A stretch of DNA of 63,564 nucleotides, the filler included, from Octopus bimaculoides (lineage: Eukaryota): the NCBI RefSeq assembly GCF_001194135.2. It is 10 parts of 9 records of this genome, joined end to end, with 100 filler letters (N's around TTAATTAATTAA, not from the genome) between each part and the next. Parts side by side here need not be neighbours in the genome. Positions count along the whole stretch, not along the records: positions 1 to 12,748 come from NC_068983.1; positions 12,849 to 17,379 come from NC_069003.1; 8 more parts are not named here. One strand, given 5' to 3'. Both the position numbers and the translations under genes were made by a program. This document shows positions 1-13,038 of the stretch, piece after piece. Below the pieces are notes generated by a model. The model was given only the letters and a program-made list of their open reading frames with translations. It was not told where the DNA came from and searched no databases. Position 1 is the stretch's first letter. Every line of letters begins with the position of its first letter.

Positions 1-125
1 AAGAGTAACCCCGAAAGGATGAAAGACAAAGTCGACCTCGACGGAATTTGAACTCAGAACATAAAGGCGAACGAAATGCCGCTAAGCATTTTGTCCGGCG
101 TGCTAACGGTTCTGTCACTTCACCA
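1..125 (-). mobile_element. tRNA-derived SINE, family B (partial, at window edge)
   Basis: Reverse complement of the family-B head/core (gagttcaaatt...gtcgactttg.ctttcatcctttcgggg) also seen at 4195, 13039, 17040 and 60862. Confidence 0.8.
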
Positions 126-339
126 TTAGTAATACTGGAATATTTCGTTATTGCATTTGATTTGCAAGATTCTTTATGTGAATTCGTGTGTTGAAGCATA
201 TTTTATTGTGTCTGGGGAGAGTCATTCTCTTTTAGTGCCTTATTATTGGACACACTCACCGGTTCGATTTCCACTCATTTACTTATTTATCTTTTCTAAA
301 ATTTTCGTTGCGTCCTGAAACCTTTTCAATAGTCGTTGA

Positions 340-759
340 CTCTGTCCGTTATCCCAGCTGTGTTCTTTTTGTTTGTTTGTGCGTCAATATGTATGTATAC
401 ATGTATGTATGTATGTAGGTATGCATGTATGCATGTATGTATGCATGTATGTATGTATGCGTGTGTGTGTGTGTATGCATGTATGTGTATGCATACATAT
501 ATGTATGCATGTGTATATCTTTCTATGTATGTATGTATGTATTCTGCATATTCATGTTTGTGTGTGTGCATGTGTGTGTATTTGTGTGTGTAGCTCTGTC
601 TCCTGGTGTGTGCATGTTTGAGTGTGTCTATGTGTATGGGTTTGTGCGACAATGTATATGCGTCTGTTATGTATGGACGTGTGTCTCCATATGTGTTCTT
701 GTGTTTGTGCGTGAAGTGTGCATGTGTGCGTGATACATTTTTATTTAACTATATATAAA

Positions 760-795
<36 letters not shown>

Positions 796-806
796 TGTAT
801 GTATGT
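340..806. repeat. (TATG)n/(TG)n microsatellite tract
   Basis: Direct reading. It is the source of the spurious MYVC/HTHT ORFs. Confidence 0.95.
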
Positions 807-840
807 ACTAGACTACCCGTGACCCGTTGGGTCATCTGGA
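807..840 (-). mobile_element. Helitron-like 3' terminus
   Basis: Minus strand reads GATGACCCAACGGGTCACGGGTAGT-CTAG|T: a short hairpin (tgaccc/gggtca) about 10 nt before CTAG followed by T. Confidence 0.45.
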
Positions 841-1138
841 AAGGCTGAGTTTCCCAGCAATGGAGTTTTGTTTCGGGGGTATTTTTTCTTTTCCAGGTTA
901 TTTCGCATGCTTTCGATGAATGTCACACCAAAATCACACGTAAATGGCTCTTTTCCCCAGAAAAGATTTGGCTGCTATTTCTTGCTCGCCCTGCTACCAC
1001 GTAACAGGTATTTCGGGTCCTTTATCGCAAATAGCTGTTACGTGGTAGCAAGGTGTGCTAGAAATAGCAGCCAAATCTTTGGAGCTGAGATACGTTGAAT
1101 GCATTCGAAACATTTTTGTAATGGTATTCCCTTGGGGC

Positions 1139-1315
1139 GATCTTTCATTTTGACTCTCAGAGCTGTTACTTTGACTCTCAGAACTGTCATCCGTATCAGC
1201 TGGTTTTGTTCGTTAATTTCCGTAATTTTTTATTTATTTATTTACTTTTGTTTTAAAGGAAAGAGAGGAGAAAAAAGATGTATGAACGTGTATATGAAAT
1301 AAACGTGTATGTGTA

Positions 1316-1351
<36 letters not shown>

Positions 1352-1823
1352 TGCCACTTACACATACATGAGAACCCATGTTCACTCACTCTCTTTTTTT
1401 TCTCTCTCTCACATGCACACATACATACAAAAAAGATGTACATATGTATTGATGTATGTACGTATACATGAGAACACACCCCTTCACTCACTCCCTCTCT
1501 CTTCCCCTCTCTCTTCCTCTCTCTCTTCCTCTCTCTCTTCCTCTCTCTCTCTTCCTCTCTCTCTTCCTCTCTCTTTCTTTTTCACTTCCCCTCTCTTTCT
1601 CTCTTTCTTTCTCTCTTCCTCTCTCTCTTTCTTTCTCTCTTCCTCTCTCTCTTTCTTTCTCTCTTCCTCTCTCTCTCTTTCACACACCTATCCATTTCAT
1701 ATACACGTACATACATCTTTCACTTTCTCCTCTCTTTCACTTCAAAACAGAAGTAGATAAAAAGAAAATAAACGGAAATTAACGAAATTTGGGTGACAGT
1801 TCTGAGAGTCAAAGCGAAAGATC
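1139..1823. mobile_element. Fold-back element/MITE with long inverted arms
   Basis: The arm at about 1139-1320 (gatctttc...ctttgactctcagaactgtca...cgttaatttccgt...aaagagaggagaaaa...cgtgtatatgaaat) is the reverse complement of about 1690-1823. The centre is (GT)(GA)/(CT) low-complexity sequence. Confidence 0.7.
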
Positions 1824-2331
1824 ACCATTCATTTGAAAGTAATTTTTTAAAAAAGCATTAAAATATTGTCTGTTTAAAGAAAGCTAAAATATAAATGCTT
1901 ACTGTACAAACAACTTACATTTTTAGAGTCACATTCATTTAAAATATTTCTAAATGATTAAAATACTGTGTACGTCAAAAAGTCAAGGTTTTTTTTTCTT
2001 AGAGAACGCGAAGACTGTGTGTATGTATGTGTCACAGAGAGCAGACGTGTGTTTGTGTTGATTCACACGCCATGACATTCATTATATGTGTGTGTATTCT
2101 GTATGCGTATGTGTGTTGACGTCACAGAAACCATGTTTTTGTTTTTCAGCAAAAAAGTGTTTAATCGTATTCATTAATAAATAGAGGTCCAAATATCACA
2201 AAAATTTGTACTGCAACGACAACGGTAAGTGTTCAAATAAATATGCAAAAAAGAAGAATTAACATAAAATATACTATTTCTGAGATATTTCGGGTACACA
2301 CAAACAACTCCAGAGTTTTAGTATTACTAAG

Positions 2332-2382
<51 letters not shown>

Positions 2383-2394
2383 CATACAAACACA

Positions 2395-2600
2395 CACACA
2401 TTCGTTTTATTTGTTTCAGGCATTAGACTTCGGACCATGCTGGGGCATCGCCTTGAAAGATTATAGTCGAGTAAATCGACCCCAGTAATTTCTTTCTTTA
2501 AATCCTAGTACTTATTCTATCGTTCTCTTTTGCTGAACCGCTAAACTACGGGGATGTAAATATATCAACAACGGTTCTCAAGCAGTGGCCGGGACAAAAA
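2395..2600 (-). mobile_element. SINE family A, 3' half
   Basis: Matches the family-A tail (tttgtttcag...ccatgctgg...agtacttattctatcg...ccgctaa...acgggga). Confidence 0.65.
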
Positions 2601-4129
2601 AAAAAGACACAAACACACACACATACANNNNNNNNNNNNNNNNNNNNNNNNNNNNNNNNNNNNNNNNNNNNNNNNNNNNNNNNNNNNNNNNNNNNNNNNN
2701 NNNNNNNNNNNNNNNNNNNNNNNNNNNNNNNNNNNNNNNNNNNNNNNNNNNNNNNNNNNNNNNNNNNNNNNNNNNNNNNNNNNNNNNNNNNNNNNNNNNN
2801 NNNNNNNNNNNNNNNNNNNNNNNNNNNNNNNNNNNNNNNNNNNNNNNNNNNNNNNNNNNNNNNNNNNNNNNNNNNNNNNNNNNNNNNNNNNNNNNNNNNN
2901 NNNNNNNNNNNNNNNNNNNNNNNNNNNNNNNNNNNNNNNNNNNNNNNNNNNNNNNNNNNNNNNNNNNNNNNNNNNNNNNNNNNNNNNNNNNNNNNNNNNN
3001 NNNNNNNNNNNNNNNNNNNNNNNNNNNNNNNNNNNNNNNNNNNNNNNNNNNNNNNNNNNNNNNNNNNNNNNNNNNNNNNNNNNNNNNNNNNNNNNNNNNN
3101 NNNNNNNNNNNNNNNNNNNNNNNNNNNNNNNNNNNNNNNNNNNNNNNNNNNNNNNNNNNNNNNNNNNNNNNNNNNNNNNNNNNNNNNNNNNNNNNNNNNN
3201 NNNNNNNNNNNNNNNNNNNNNNNNNNNNNNNNNNNNNNNNNNNNNNNNNNNNNNNNNNNNNNNNNNNNNNNNNNNNNNNNNNNNNNNNNNNNNNNNNNNN
3301 NNNNNNNNNNNNNNNNNNNNNNNNNNNNNNNNNNNNNNNNNNNNNNNNNATATATATATATATAATACTTAGCTTTTGTCAGTTTAGATTGACTTCTGTT
3401 TGTATGCGCGCGCACAGTATGTGTCTCACTTTCCTTTACATTTAGAGAGCTTTTAATAACCAAAACAAATTGCATTTTGTGAGGTAACAAAATCTGTTGA
3501 ATATCATGAAACCATTAACGAAAAAAAAATGGAGTACTACTTAAAGCATTTCTTATTACCATGCATTCATCATGGTAAGTTGCATCTAATATTTTTTACT
3601 CTTGTTTCATTAACATGAAAGTCCACGAACCTCATTTCTTTGAACGATGGCTTTCATCGAAGCTTCAGGACGCCGTTTCTCCTTTAGACATTACGAAATT
3701 ATCGATTACGAAATTATCGATTTTTATAAGCTGTTTATCTGTTGGTGCTGTTTTTATTGTTGGTGGTGTTGTTTTTATTGTTGTTGTTCTTGTCGTCGTC
3801 ATTGTTGTTCAACCTCAAACAACCCCTGATTGAGCACACCCATAATTAAAATCGTTCCGGTCACCATCAGCGCCTCTTTTGTTCAGACAGAATATATCTA
3901 GCATTGCGAAACCCTATCTGCCCTTCCCTTCCTAAAAGTGCCCTTCCTTTTTCTCGCATGTTGTTTGTTGGATGCTATTTGCATCCGTCGAAGTGGCCAG
4001 ACAAAAGCTCTCTCTTCACTTCGCTATTTTCTGTTATTTGAACACCATTTATTTATTTGGTTCTAGTTGTGTTTTCGTCATCAAGATAGGGATCAACTTG
4101 AACTTTATTTATTGTTTTTTATTTTTTAA

Positions 4130-4392
4130 TCTTGGCACAAGGCCCGAAATTTCGTCCTGCGTGCTAACGTTTCTGCCAGCGAGACAATCTTTTCTACTCT
4201 AGGCACAAAGCCCGAAATATTGGGGGAGGGGGCCAGTCGATTAGGTCGACCCCAGAATGCAACTGGTACTTAATTTATCGACCCCGAAAGGATGAAAGGC
4301 AAAGTCGACCTCGGCGGAATTTAAACTCAGAACGTAAAGACAGACGAAATACCGCTAAGCATTTCGTCCTGCGTGCCAACATTCCTGCTAGC
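4130..4392 (-). mobile_element. SINE family B, full length, with duplicated 3' segment
   Basis: Near-complete family-B copy at 4195-4392 with a B-box-like GAGTTTAAATTCC, plus a partial repeat at 4130-4195. Confidence 0.85.
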
Positions 4393-5067
4393 GAGATAAT
4401 AATGATAGCATGGCTATGTAGAACTTCGTAAAAATGATTTCGATTGAAACGAAGAAACCAGGCGAACTGAGACGAATAAAGAAAACACAGGATGCCATAT
4501 GCTTTGTTCTTGATTTAAATTTTCTACGGATGATTGTGGATGTTTAACAAAATCAAACCATTTACCACTGTCATCATGACCACCACTTAACTATTTTATG
4601 TCATGCTATACATGCAAAAGTAATACGTTCTGCTGGAAATAAGATAGGGCAACTGCTGCGCTGATAATACTTATTGAAGCAGAATTGCAGCTATCCTCTT
4701 GTCTCCCAACAATCAAACTGTCCTTTCCTTTATGTTATGTCAGAATTGGGTAATTTGTGATCCTTGAGATTATCTTTCCTAGTATTTGGAGTTGGTTTCG
4801 ATTGACATCAAATTCTACTTTCTCTGGAAATGGAGATTGTTCCAAGAATGAAAAATTAATTTTGTATGGTATACACCGTTTTATACTTCTGTTTTCGTTT
4901 TCGATATACATATCATTGGCCACTCTGAATTATTTCTATTTACACGTTTTCGTTACGCATACACACACACACACATTGATATAATAAAACAAAACATGAA
5001 AGAGTCTTTATAAAATATTCAATCACACCACCTTACGGACGATTCATTGCAAATGAGTGACTATTAG

Positions 5068-5287
5068 TTAGATAATGTAAATTACATAATGAAGGCTTAT
5101 TGTCAAATTGTCAGAAACTTGTAACCTTTATACGCAACATTACTGGCTAGTAGAAATTTTGACAGTAGTAATTATGATATTGTTTCCATGATAGTTCTGT
5201 CAACATTCCTACCATCCGATAATGTTTCTCGTAAAGGTCTCTGACAATTTGACAATAGGGTTTTATCACGTAATTTACATTATGTAA
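5068..5287. mobile_element. About 220-bp palindromic MITE-like hairpin
   Basis: ttagataatgtaaattac...ttattgtcaaattgtcaga is mirrored by tctgacaatttgacaata...gtaatttacattatgtaa. The inner arms also pair. Confidence 0.7.
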
Positions 5288-5448
5288 TAATCGTCCATTG
5301 TTAATGAAACGTGCGTATGATGGTATAAGTTTAAATCATCTCTCATGTTTTGTTTTATTTTCTACATGCACTCTGTGAAACACCCATACATATATACATT
5401 ATATACATACACATACATACATACATGCAAGTATGCATACATGATACA

Positions 5449-5482
<34 letters not shown>

Positions 5483-5984
5483 CATACATACATACATACA
5501 TGCGATTGAATTAACAGCCTCATCAGTCAGATGAAACGAAAATTTATAACAAATCATTGAAATATTTAAGAAATCTCCGTTAGCTGCTAAATCAATTTGA
5601 TCAGAAAATCGGCAAAGTTTTGTAAACATTTTGAAAAGTATGGAAAGAAAATTCCGTGCTATGATGTTATTTAACGAACATCAATGAGTCTCTTTTATAC
5701 TCCACAGAAGCGTCTTGGATACTTGAATATATTTTGTGATTAACTTATCATTTCATCTCACTCACAAGATTGTTAATTCGATCTGAGAAACCAATATACA
5801 TAAGAGTGCGCGTTCGTGTGTGCGTGCGTGCGCGCGTGTGTATATACTTACGTATATATACATATATATGCACGCGCGTGTGTATATATATATATGTATA
5901 TATAAACCCACACACACGTGTATACACGTACATACAGATATACACATAAATATACATACATACACATAGATATATATATATACA

Positions 5985-6026
<42 letters not shown>

Positions 6027-6240
6027 GATATATATATTCGCCTTGATAATCTTTATGGATCTGCATTGAGCTCTTTCTCTGTCGTTTCTTTTTCTCCCCC
6101 TCCCCACTCTCTTTCTCTGTTCCTGTTAGTTTTGTGATGAAGATGAATATATATTGAAATATATATTAAATTTGTTAAATATATATGAAGGTATAAGAAA
6201 ATGATTATTACACATCTAAGCATGTACTTATTCTCTCATT

Positions 6241-6285
<45 letters not shown>

Positions 6286-6724
6286 CATGCATAAAGTGTA
6301 TTAGTCACATAAATACATACATGCACGTACATGTACGTGCACATTCACACACATATGGCATTCTAATATGTGTACATGTACAGAAGATGGGCAATTGGCT
6401 GAGTTTCGAAAGCGTTGGACAGATTGTTCTACGTTAATCGTTCCGGATCTCAGTTCATATCACGATAAGGTCATGTTATCCTTTCGAATCGATAAATAAA
6501 GTCCAAGTACTTCTTCCTTTGACTTCATCTTTCTGTTTTTCTGAAATAAATTAGCTGTGGTTCGACCTGAAGATGGATAGGCTTCGCCAGGTTGAAAAAT
6601 GTTCAAGATTCACTGTATATCAGAACGGCCCCCTTCGACACGCTCAAGGAGTCAGTGAGGAGCAAGCATAGCATGATGTATGTGTGTATGAATGTATGCA
6701 TAAACAGACACATACATGGGGATT

Positions 6725-6822
<98 letters not shown>

Positions 6823-6984
6823 TATATTGTCAAGCAGTGCAGTGCATTTGTGATTATGGCATCTAACAAGTCAGTGTTATCGCCGGTTTCGCGCCGGATA
6901 TTGGCACAAGACAATATTAACGACTTGTCAGATGTAGTTCTGTATATGAGTCCTCCTGTTAACGTCAGTCTACTTTAGACATGT

Positions 6985-7190
6985 CGAGGCAACAGAGGAA
7001 CCCTTTAAGGCCAGGTGGAATAATTATAGTTTTTTTCTTTCATATTGCAGGAAAAGCGAAACGTCACAAATTTGGCCAGCTACATGATGCGGTTAAAGAG
7101 GACGTAATGCAGTGTTACATCAACTGGAGATTATTGAAATGATTTAGATCGAATCTTAATGGATGAAGGACATGCAGACTCCTTCTCACG
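6985..7190 (+). pseudogene. Decayed Penelope-like GIY-YIG endonuclease fragment
   Basis: Frameshifted peptides ATEEPFKARWNNY, SFILQEKRNVTNLASYM and NWRLLK..SNLNG*RTCRLLLT follow the Penelope GIY-YIG pattern (TExxFKxRyNNH...LSKYIW...KWxILK...RCNLCL). Confidence 0.55.
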
Positions 7191-8214
7191 ATCGAGGCGA
7201 TTTTTTGAACTCAGAAAGTGAAATTGAAGGATACTGCCCATGTGAGCGCAAATTTATTTTGGCGACGTCGTCATTTCTCGTTTTGAAAAACGGGACGATA
7301 CACGAACAGCTTCACGCTTAACCCATGGCTAACATTAATTCACGAGAAATAACCCTTCTTTTCTTCTTTCCTTCTTTCCCAAAATATCTTTCACTAAATT
7401 ACATTCCATCCTATGTNNNNNNNNNNNNNNNNNNNNNNNNNNNNNNNNNNNNNNNNNNNNNNNNNNNNNNNNNNNNNNNNNNNNNNNNNNNNNNNNNNNN
7501 NNNNNNNNNNNNNNNNNNNNNNNNNNNNNNNNNNNNNNNNNNNNNNNNNNNNNNNNNNNNNNNNNNNNNNNNNNNNNNNNNNNNNNNNNNNNNNNNNNNN
7601 NNNNNNNNNNNNNNNNNNNNNNNNNNNNNNNNNNNNNNNNNNNNNNNNNNNNNNNNNNNNNNNNNNNNNNNNNNNNNNNNNNNNNNNNNNNNNNNNNNGC
7701 GTGTATGTGTGCATATATTAGTGTGCGTGTGTGTGTGAGTATGTATGTATGTATGTATGTGTGTTCCTCTGTGTGTTTGTGTATGTGCATGTGTGTGTGT
7801 GTGTGTGTGTGTGTTTGTGTGTGTGTGTATTACTGATAAGCTCTAGCATTCCTTTGATTACTGCTGAAGGATATTGTAAAAAGCAATCTATAGTATCCTT
7901 CAGATGGTCATAAAGAAGAAAAAGACATCGGCACTGTTTAAAAAAAAATTATTTGAAACACTTAAGTCAACCGCCGTTTGCACATACACATTATGTGAAG
8001 GTTCTGAAAAGGAAATTGCTAGATCTGATTGTCTTGATTGTTTGAAGCTACCGGAAACATTCGTTCTTGGAGCGAGCGTGTACGACGTTGAGAGGTTTGT
8101 GGAATAGTGGAGTGGTGAGGGAGAGTCTGGGAGGAGATTTAACTATTGTGCGCAGTGTATGTGGGGTTGTGTGGTGCAGCAAACAAATGCCACCAACACT
8201 ACTATCACTACCTC

Positions 8215-8775
8215 CAAGACCGCAAGTGGCACTCCGTCGGTTACGACGACGAGTGTCCCAGTTGATCAACAGAACAGCCTCCACAGGCACGCTCTTAACG
8301 TAGTTCTCGGGGAGATTCAGCATAACACAGAATGTGACAAGGTTGGCGCCTTTGAATTACAGGTACTACACAGCTGAGTGGACTAGACTCAGTGGTTCCC
8401 AAAGCGGGTACACTCTAGACTCACTGGTTCCCAAAGTAGGCGGTGGAAAGATCCATGGGGGGTGTTGAAGAAAAATGGAGCGATAATAAGGTGACCAAAA
8501 TGGATATAAAAAAAAAAAAAATTAAAAAATAAAGAGTTAATTAGGTTAAGCTTTATTTGTGAAGTACTATTGTTTTGAATTTGCTGCAGAAAATGGTCTA
8601 TGCCTGTGATGGTGAGTGGTGGTGGTGAAGGGGGCGGCTGCCTGTAAAAATTTGGGAACCTCTGCACTAGAGCAATGTGAAATAAAGTCTCTTCGTAAAG
8701 TATACAACACGCCGCCACGAATCGAGCTCACAAGCTTACGACTATGCCGAAAATCCTAACCACTGAACCACGCGC
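8215..8775 (-). mobile_element. SINE family C' interrupted by a hAT MITE
   Basis: The family-C tail (8215-8389) and the head side (8665-8775) flank the MITE. Removing the MITE restores gagtggactagagcaatgtgaaataaag. Confidence 0.7.
8390..8664. mobile_element. hAT (Charlie-like) MITE
   Basis: TIRs cagtggttcccaaa / tttgggaacctctg. The flanks approximate a CTAG-centred 8-bp TSD (gactagac / cactagag). The left TIR is duplicated internally at about 8420. Confidence 0.7.
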
Positions 8776-9029
8776 TTTTACAACACTGTCACCAACACCA
8801 CAACCACCTACACAAGAACCACTACTACCAGCACCACAACACCATGAACACAACCATCACTACCACCAACACTATCGTGACTGCAACTAACAGTACCACC
8901 ACCATCACAATCACGACCACCGTGGCTACTACTACCACCATCGCCTTTACGAAAACAAAACTACTACTACCACCACCACTACCGCTACAACAGCTATCAC
9001 TAACTCCACCCTCACCTAGTCATAATAGG

Positions 9030-10035
9030 CATGGTCGTATGGTGAAAAAGTCTGCTCTACAATCACACGGTGTCGGATTCAATCCCACTCTGCGGGGTGC
9101 CTCGGCCAAGTTGCTTCTGCTATAGCCTTGGGCCGACCAATGCTTTGAGATGGTATTTGGTAGAAGGAAACTGTGTGGAAGCCTGTCATATGTGTGTGTG
9201 TGCATTGTGTACATACGCGTGAGGTGAGTGTGTGTTGCGTGCGAGGAAGGCATGTCGCATGTGTATGCGTGTGAAGTGTGTACGTGTGTGAGGTCTGTGG
9301 GTGCGTGTGTGACGTTTGTGTGGTGTGCGTGTGTGTGTGAGGTGTGTGTTTTGCCTGTGAGGAGTGTACGTTGCGTGTGTGCGTGTGAGGTGTGTGTACG
9401 TGTGAGGGGTGTTTGTGTGTGTGTGTGTGTGTGAGGACTGTGTTAGGTGTGTGTGAGGTTTGTTTAAGCTGTGTGTGTATGTGTGTGTATTGTCTGTGTG
9501 TGAGGTGTGTACATTGTGTGCGTGAGTTGTGTGTGTTGCGTGTGAGGATTGCAGGTTGCGTCTGTGTGCGTGTGTGGTGTGTGTGCGAGGCCTGTGTGAG
9601 GGTTCTGTGAGGTGTGTGTGAATCATGTGCATTGTGTGCGTACGTGTGAGATGTGTGTGTTGCGTGTGAGGAGAGTATGTTGCGTGTGTGTGCGTGTGAG
9701 GTCTGTGTGTGTGTGAGGTGTTTGTGTGAGGTTTTTGTGTGTGTGTGTGAGGTATGTGTATTGTGTGCGTACGTGTGAGATGTGTGTGTTGTGTGGGGGG
9801 AGTGTATGTTGCGTATGAGGTTTGTGTGAGGTGTATGTGTATGTGTGTTCATCCCCACGCGACTGCTTGACAACCGGTATTACTTTGTTTACGTCCCCCT
9901 TACCATAGCAGTGCGACAAAAAAGCACCACTCTAAAAAAAAATTAGTACTGAACTAAATTCGTTCGACTAAACCCTTCAAGAAATTGCCCCAGCATGGCC
10001 GTAGATCAATGACTGAAACAACTGAAAGATAAAAA
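9030..10035 (+). mobile_element. Old SINE family A copy with about 660-bp expanded GT-rich interior
   Basis: Diverged head/core at 9030-9190, GT-rich degenerate repeat at 9190-9850, family-A tail at 9850-10035. Confidence 0.7.
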
Positions 10036-10964
10036 GAACAGTAAGTAAAAAAAAAAGACAATGAAAACAAGATGAAACTTCATTAAAGAGAATTTATTAA
10101 TCATATAAATAAGTTTGAAAGACATGCACACACGCATACTGGTCTACGGATGCACATACACACATATAATTACAGGCGTATACATGCACACATATACACT
10201 ATCACACACACACACACACACACATAACTGGGAGTCATGAAGTAGAGGTAAATAATTGAACATGCACACAAATATATATATATATATANNNNNNNNNNNN
10301 NNNNNNNNNNNNNNNNNNNNNNNNNNNNNNNNNNNNNNNNNNNNNNNNNNNNNNNNNNNNNNNNNNNNNNNNNNNNNNNNNNNNNNNNNNNNNNNNNNNN
10401 NNNNNNNNNNNNNNNNNNNNNNNNNNNNNNNNNNNNNNNNNNNNNNNNNNNNNNNNNNNNNNNNNNNNNNNNNNNNNNNNNNNNNNNNNNNNNNNNNNNN
10501 NNNNNNNNNNNNNNNNNNNNNNNNNNNNNNNNNNNNNNNNNNNNNNNNNNNNNNNNNNNNNNNNNNNNNNNNNNNNNNNNNNNNNNNNTATATACATATA
10601 CTTATGTATGCATACATACATGTATATTTATACATATATACCTACATGCATGTAGACACACAGACGCATACGCCTCACGCGCAGGCACACACTGACCCAT
10701 AAGTGTACAGATAAACAGTCCCTGGACACGTATAACAAGAGATATATTATTATTATTATTATGTCACAGTAGTGTGTTCGTAAAGGTTGTGTAATTAAGG
10801 ATGTAGGTTGAACAAGAATGTTAGCAAGTAAGTTTGGAAACGTTGAAGAGTGAAATCAACAAAATGTCAAAGCAATGTTACTGAACGGAATTGTGCCATC
10901 TCTTGAGCTCTGGTGAGGCGACTAGGAGTTGGGCTAATGACGGATAATATTATGTACCTATACA

Positions 10965-11000
<36 letters not shown>

Positions 11001-11413
11001 TATACGCATTATTACAGAAACATAATAACGCCACACAGTGGACTTCTCAAAATAACCATATTTAGTACCTAATGCGAGGTACACACTGGCTTCTTGATAA
11101 AATTCTTGTAAAAGAGTTTTATCCTTTTTTGAATTTATTTTTATATATATATAGATATATATATATATATATATATATATGCATATATGTAACCGCATAT
11201 ACATGTATACGTATATATATGTGTGTATGTATACACAAATACCCCCCCCCCCTCACACACACATACATATGTACATTCATATAGCTATGAGTAATATATG
11301 CATTTATATGTATATATATATAAGCTTTTATATGTTTACGCGTGGGGTGCAATTTATAAACATGCATACACACGCATAAGCATGCACTCAGGTGCATATA
11401 CACAAACATATAC

Positions 11414-11817
11414 CCAGTGGCTGAGTGGTAAGTAGCTTGCTTACCAACCATATGGTTCCGCGTTCAGTCCCACTGCGTGGCACCTTGGGCAAGTGTCTTC
11501 TACTATAGCTTCGGGCCGACCAAAGCCTTGTGAGTGGATTTGGTAGACGGAAACTGAAAGAAGCCCGTCGTATATATGTCTATATATATGTACGTGTGTG
11601 TATATGTTTGTGTGTCTGTGTTCGTCCCCCCAACAGCGCTTGACATGCGATGCTGGTGTGTTTACGTCCCCGTAACGTAGCGGTTCCGCAAAAGAGAACG
11701 ACAGAATAAATACTAGCCTTACAAAGAATAAGTCCTGGGGTCGATTTACTCGACTAAAGGCGGTGCTCCAGCATGGCTGCAGTCAAATCACTGAAACAAG
11801 TAAAAGAGTAAAAGAGA

Positions 11818-11818
<1 letters not shown>
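11414..11818 (+). mobile_element. SINE family A, full length (tRNA head, CORE-like centre, internal microsatellite)
   Basis: A-box-like TGGCTGAGTGG, B-box-like GTTCAGTCCC, ccttgggcaagtgtctt core, (TA/TG)n, and a tail ending (gtaaaaga)n. Confidence 0.9.
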
Positions 11819-11869
<51 letters not shown>

Positions 11870-12618
11870 ACACATGTATGTGTGAGAGCAGGCACTGGTG
11901 TATATATAGATATGTGTGTGTGTTTGTGTGTATGTATGTATGTATGTATGTATGCATGTATGTATTGATTGATTGATTGATTGATCAGCTACGGTTCTCC
12001 TACATGCCATGCTCTGTCTCTGTTTCACTCTATAAACCCCAGCCAGCCTTGCTATATTTTTCGCCTTTATGATATGACTATTCACTAATAAACAACGGTT
12101 CCTACTAATATACCTCACCATCAACCAATGCCAGCAACAATACCAACTTCCTCGCCGCCGCCTCCGTCAAACTCGATCACCATTACAATTGCCAAACGTC
12201 ATGAACATTATCATTACCAGCGTTAGCATGGCGTCAAAATTAACAACAACGACCGTAACATTGGCGGAAAATAACGTCAGCAAGCAACGAACACAAAGCG
12301 GAAACGTGGGTTAAAGAGAAAAAAAAAAGCAATTGCAAAAATAACAACAAACACAACAAGTTGCAACAGCAGTAACAAGAACAACAAAAACAACAACAAA
12401 CAACAATAACAACTGTTATAGCTTTATCACAATTTAGAAATTTTCTTTCAACGTCGCCTCTGCAACTAATTACTGTTGCGACCACCGCTATCTTCATCCG
12501 TCACATTCATCATCGGCGTCATTATCATCTTTATAATCAGCAGCTTAACAACAATATCAACAGCTTATCACAGTCACATTAAATGTATAGTCATTGTGTG
12601 TTCGTGTATGCATGTATG

Positions 12619-12649
<31 letters not shown>

Positions 12650-12792
12650 GAATGTATGTATGTATGTATGCATGCATGCATGTATGTATGTATGTATGTA
12701 TGTATGCATGCATGTATGTATGTATGTATGTATGTATGTATGTATGCANNNNNNNNNNNNNNNNNNNNNNNNNNNNNNNNNNNNNNNNNNNN

Positions 12793-12804
12793 TTAATTAA
12801 TTAA
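12793..12804. other. Artificial TTAATTAATTAA gap spacer (also at 17424, 19501, 30811, 33568, 36178, 39595, 56204, 61365)
   Basis: The same 12-mer sits in the middle of nine 100-nt N gaps and gives stop codons in all six frames. Confidence 0.95.
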
Positions 12805-13038
12805 NNNNNNNNNNNNNNNNNNNNNNNNNNNNNNNNNNNNNNNNNNNNCTGGAAATCTAATACATTGTTTATAGTGTTTGTCTGTCCAATTTACTCCAGA
12901 AGAAAGTAAAAAAAAACAAGAAAAAACAAAACAAAAAGAAAAACAAAAAAACAATAGGTGGCTGGAGGAGGAGGAGGAGGAGGAGGGGGAGGATTTCTTT
13001 CGCGCCGGTTTTATTTTGTTAATATAATTGCTGCTAAG

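Noticed and set aside
290-335. Minus-strand CTATTGA...GTT/AAC...GAAAATTT resembling a third hammerhead
   Set aside because: Two core mismatches and no helix I pairing.
4735-4923. Minus-strand ORF as a possible HFM1 terminal exon
   Set aside because: Only a vague compositional resemblance, and no intervening exons link it to 21493.
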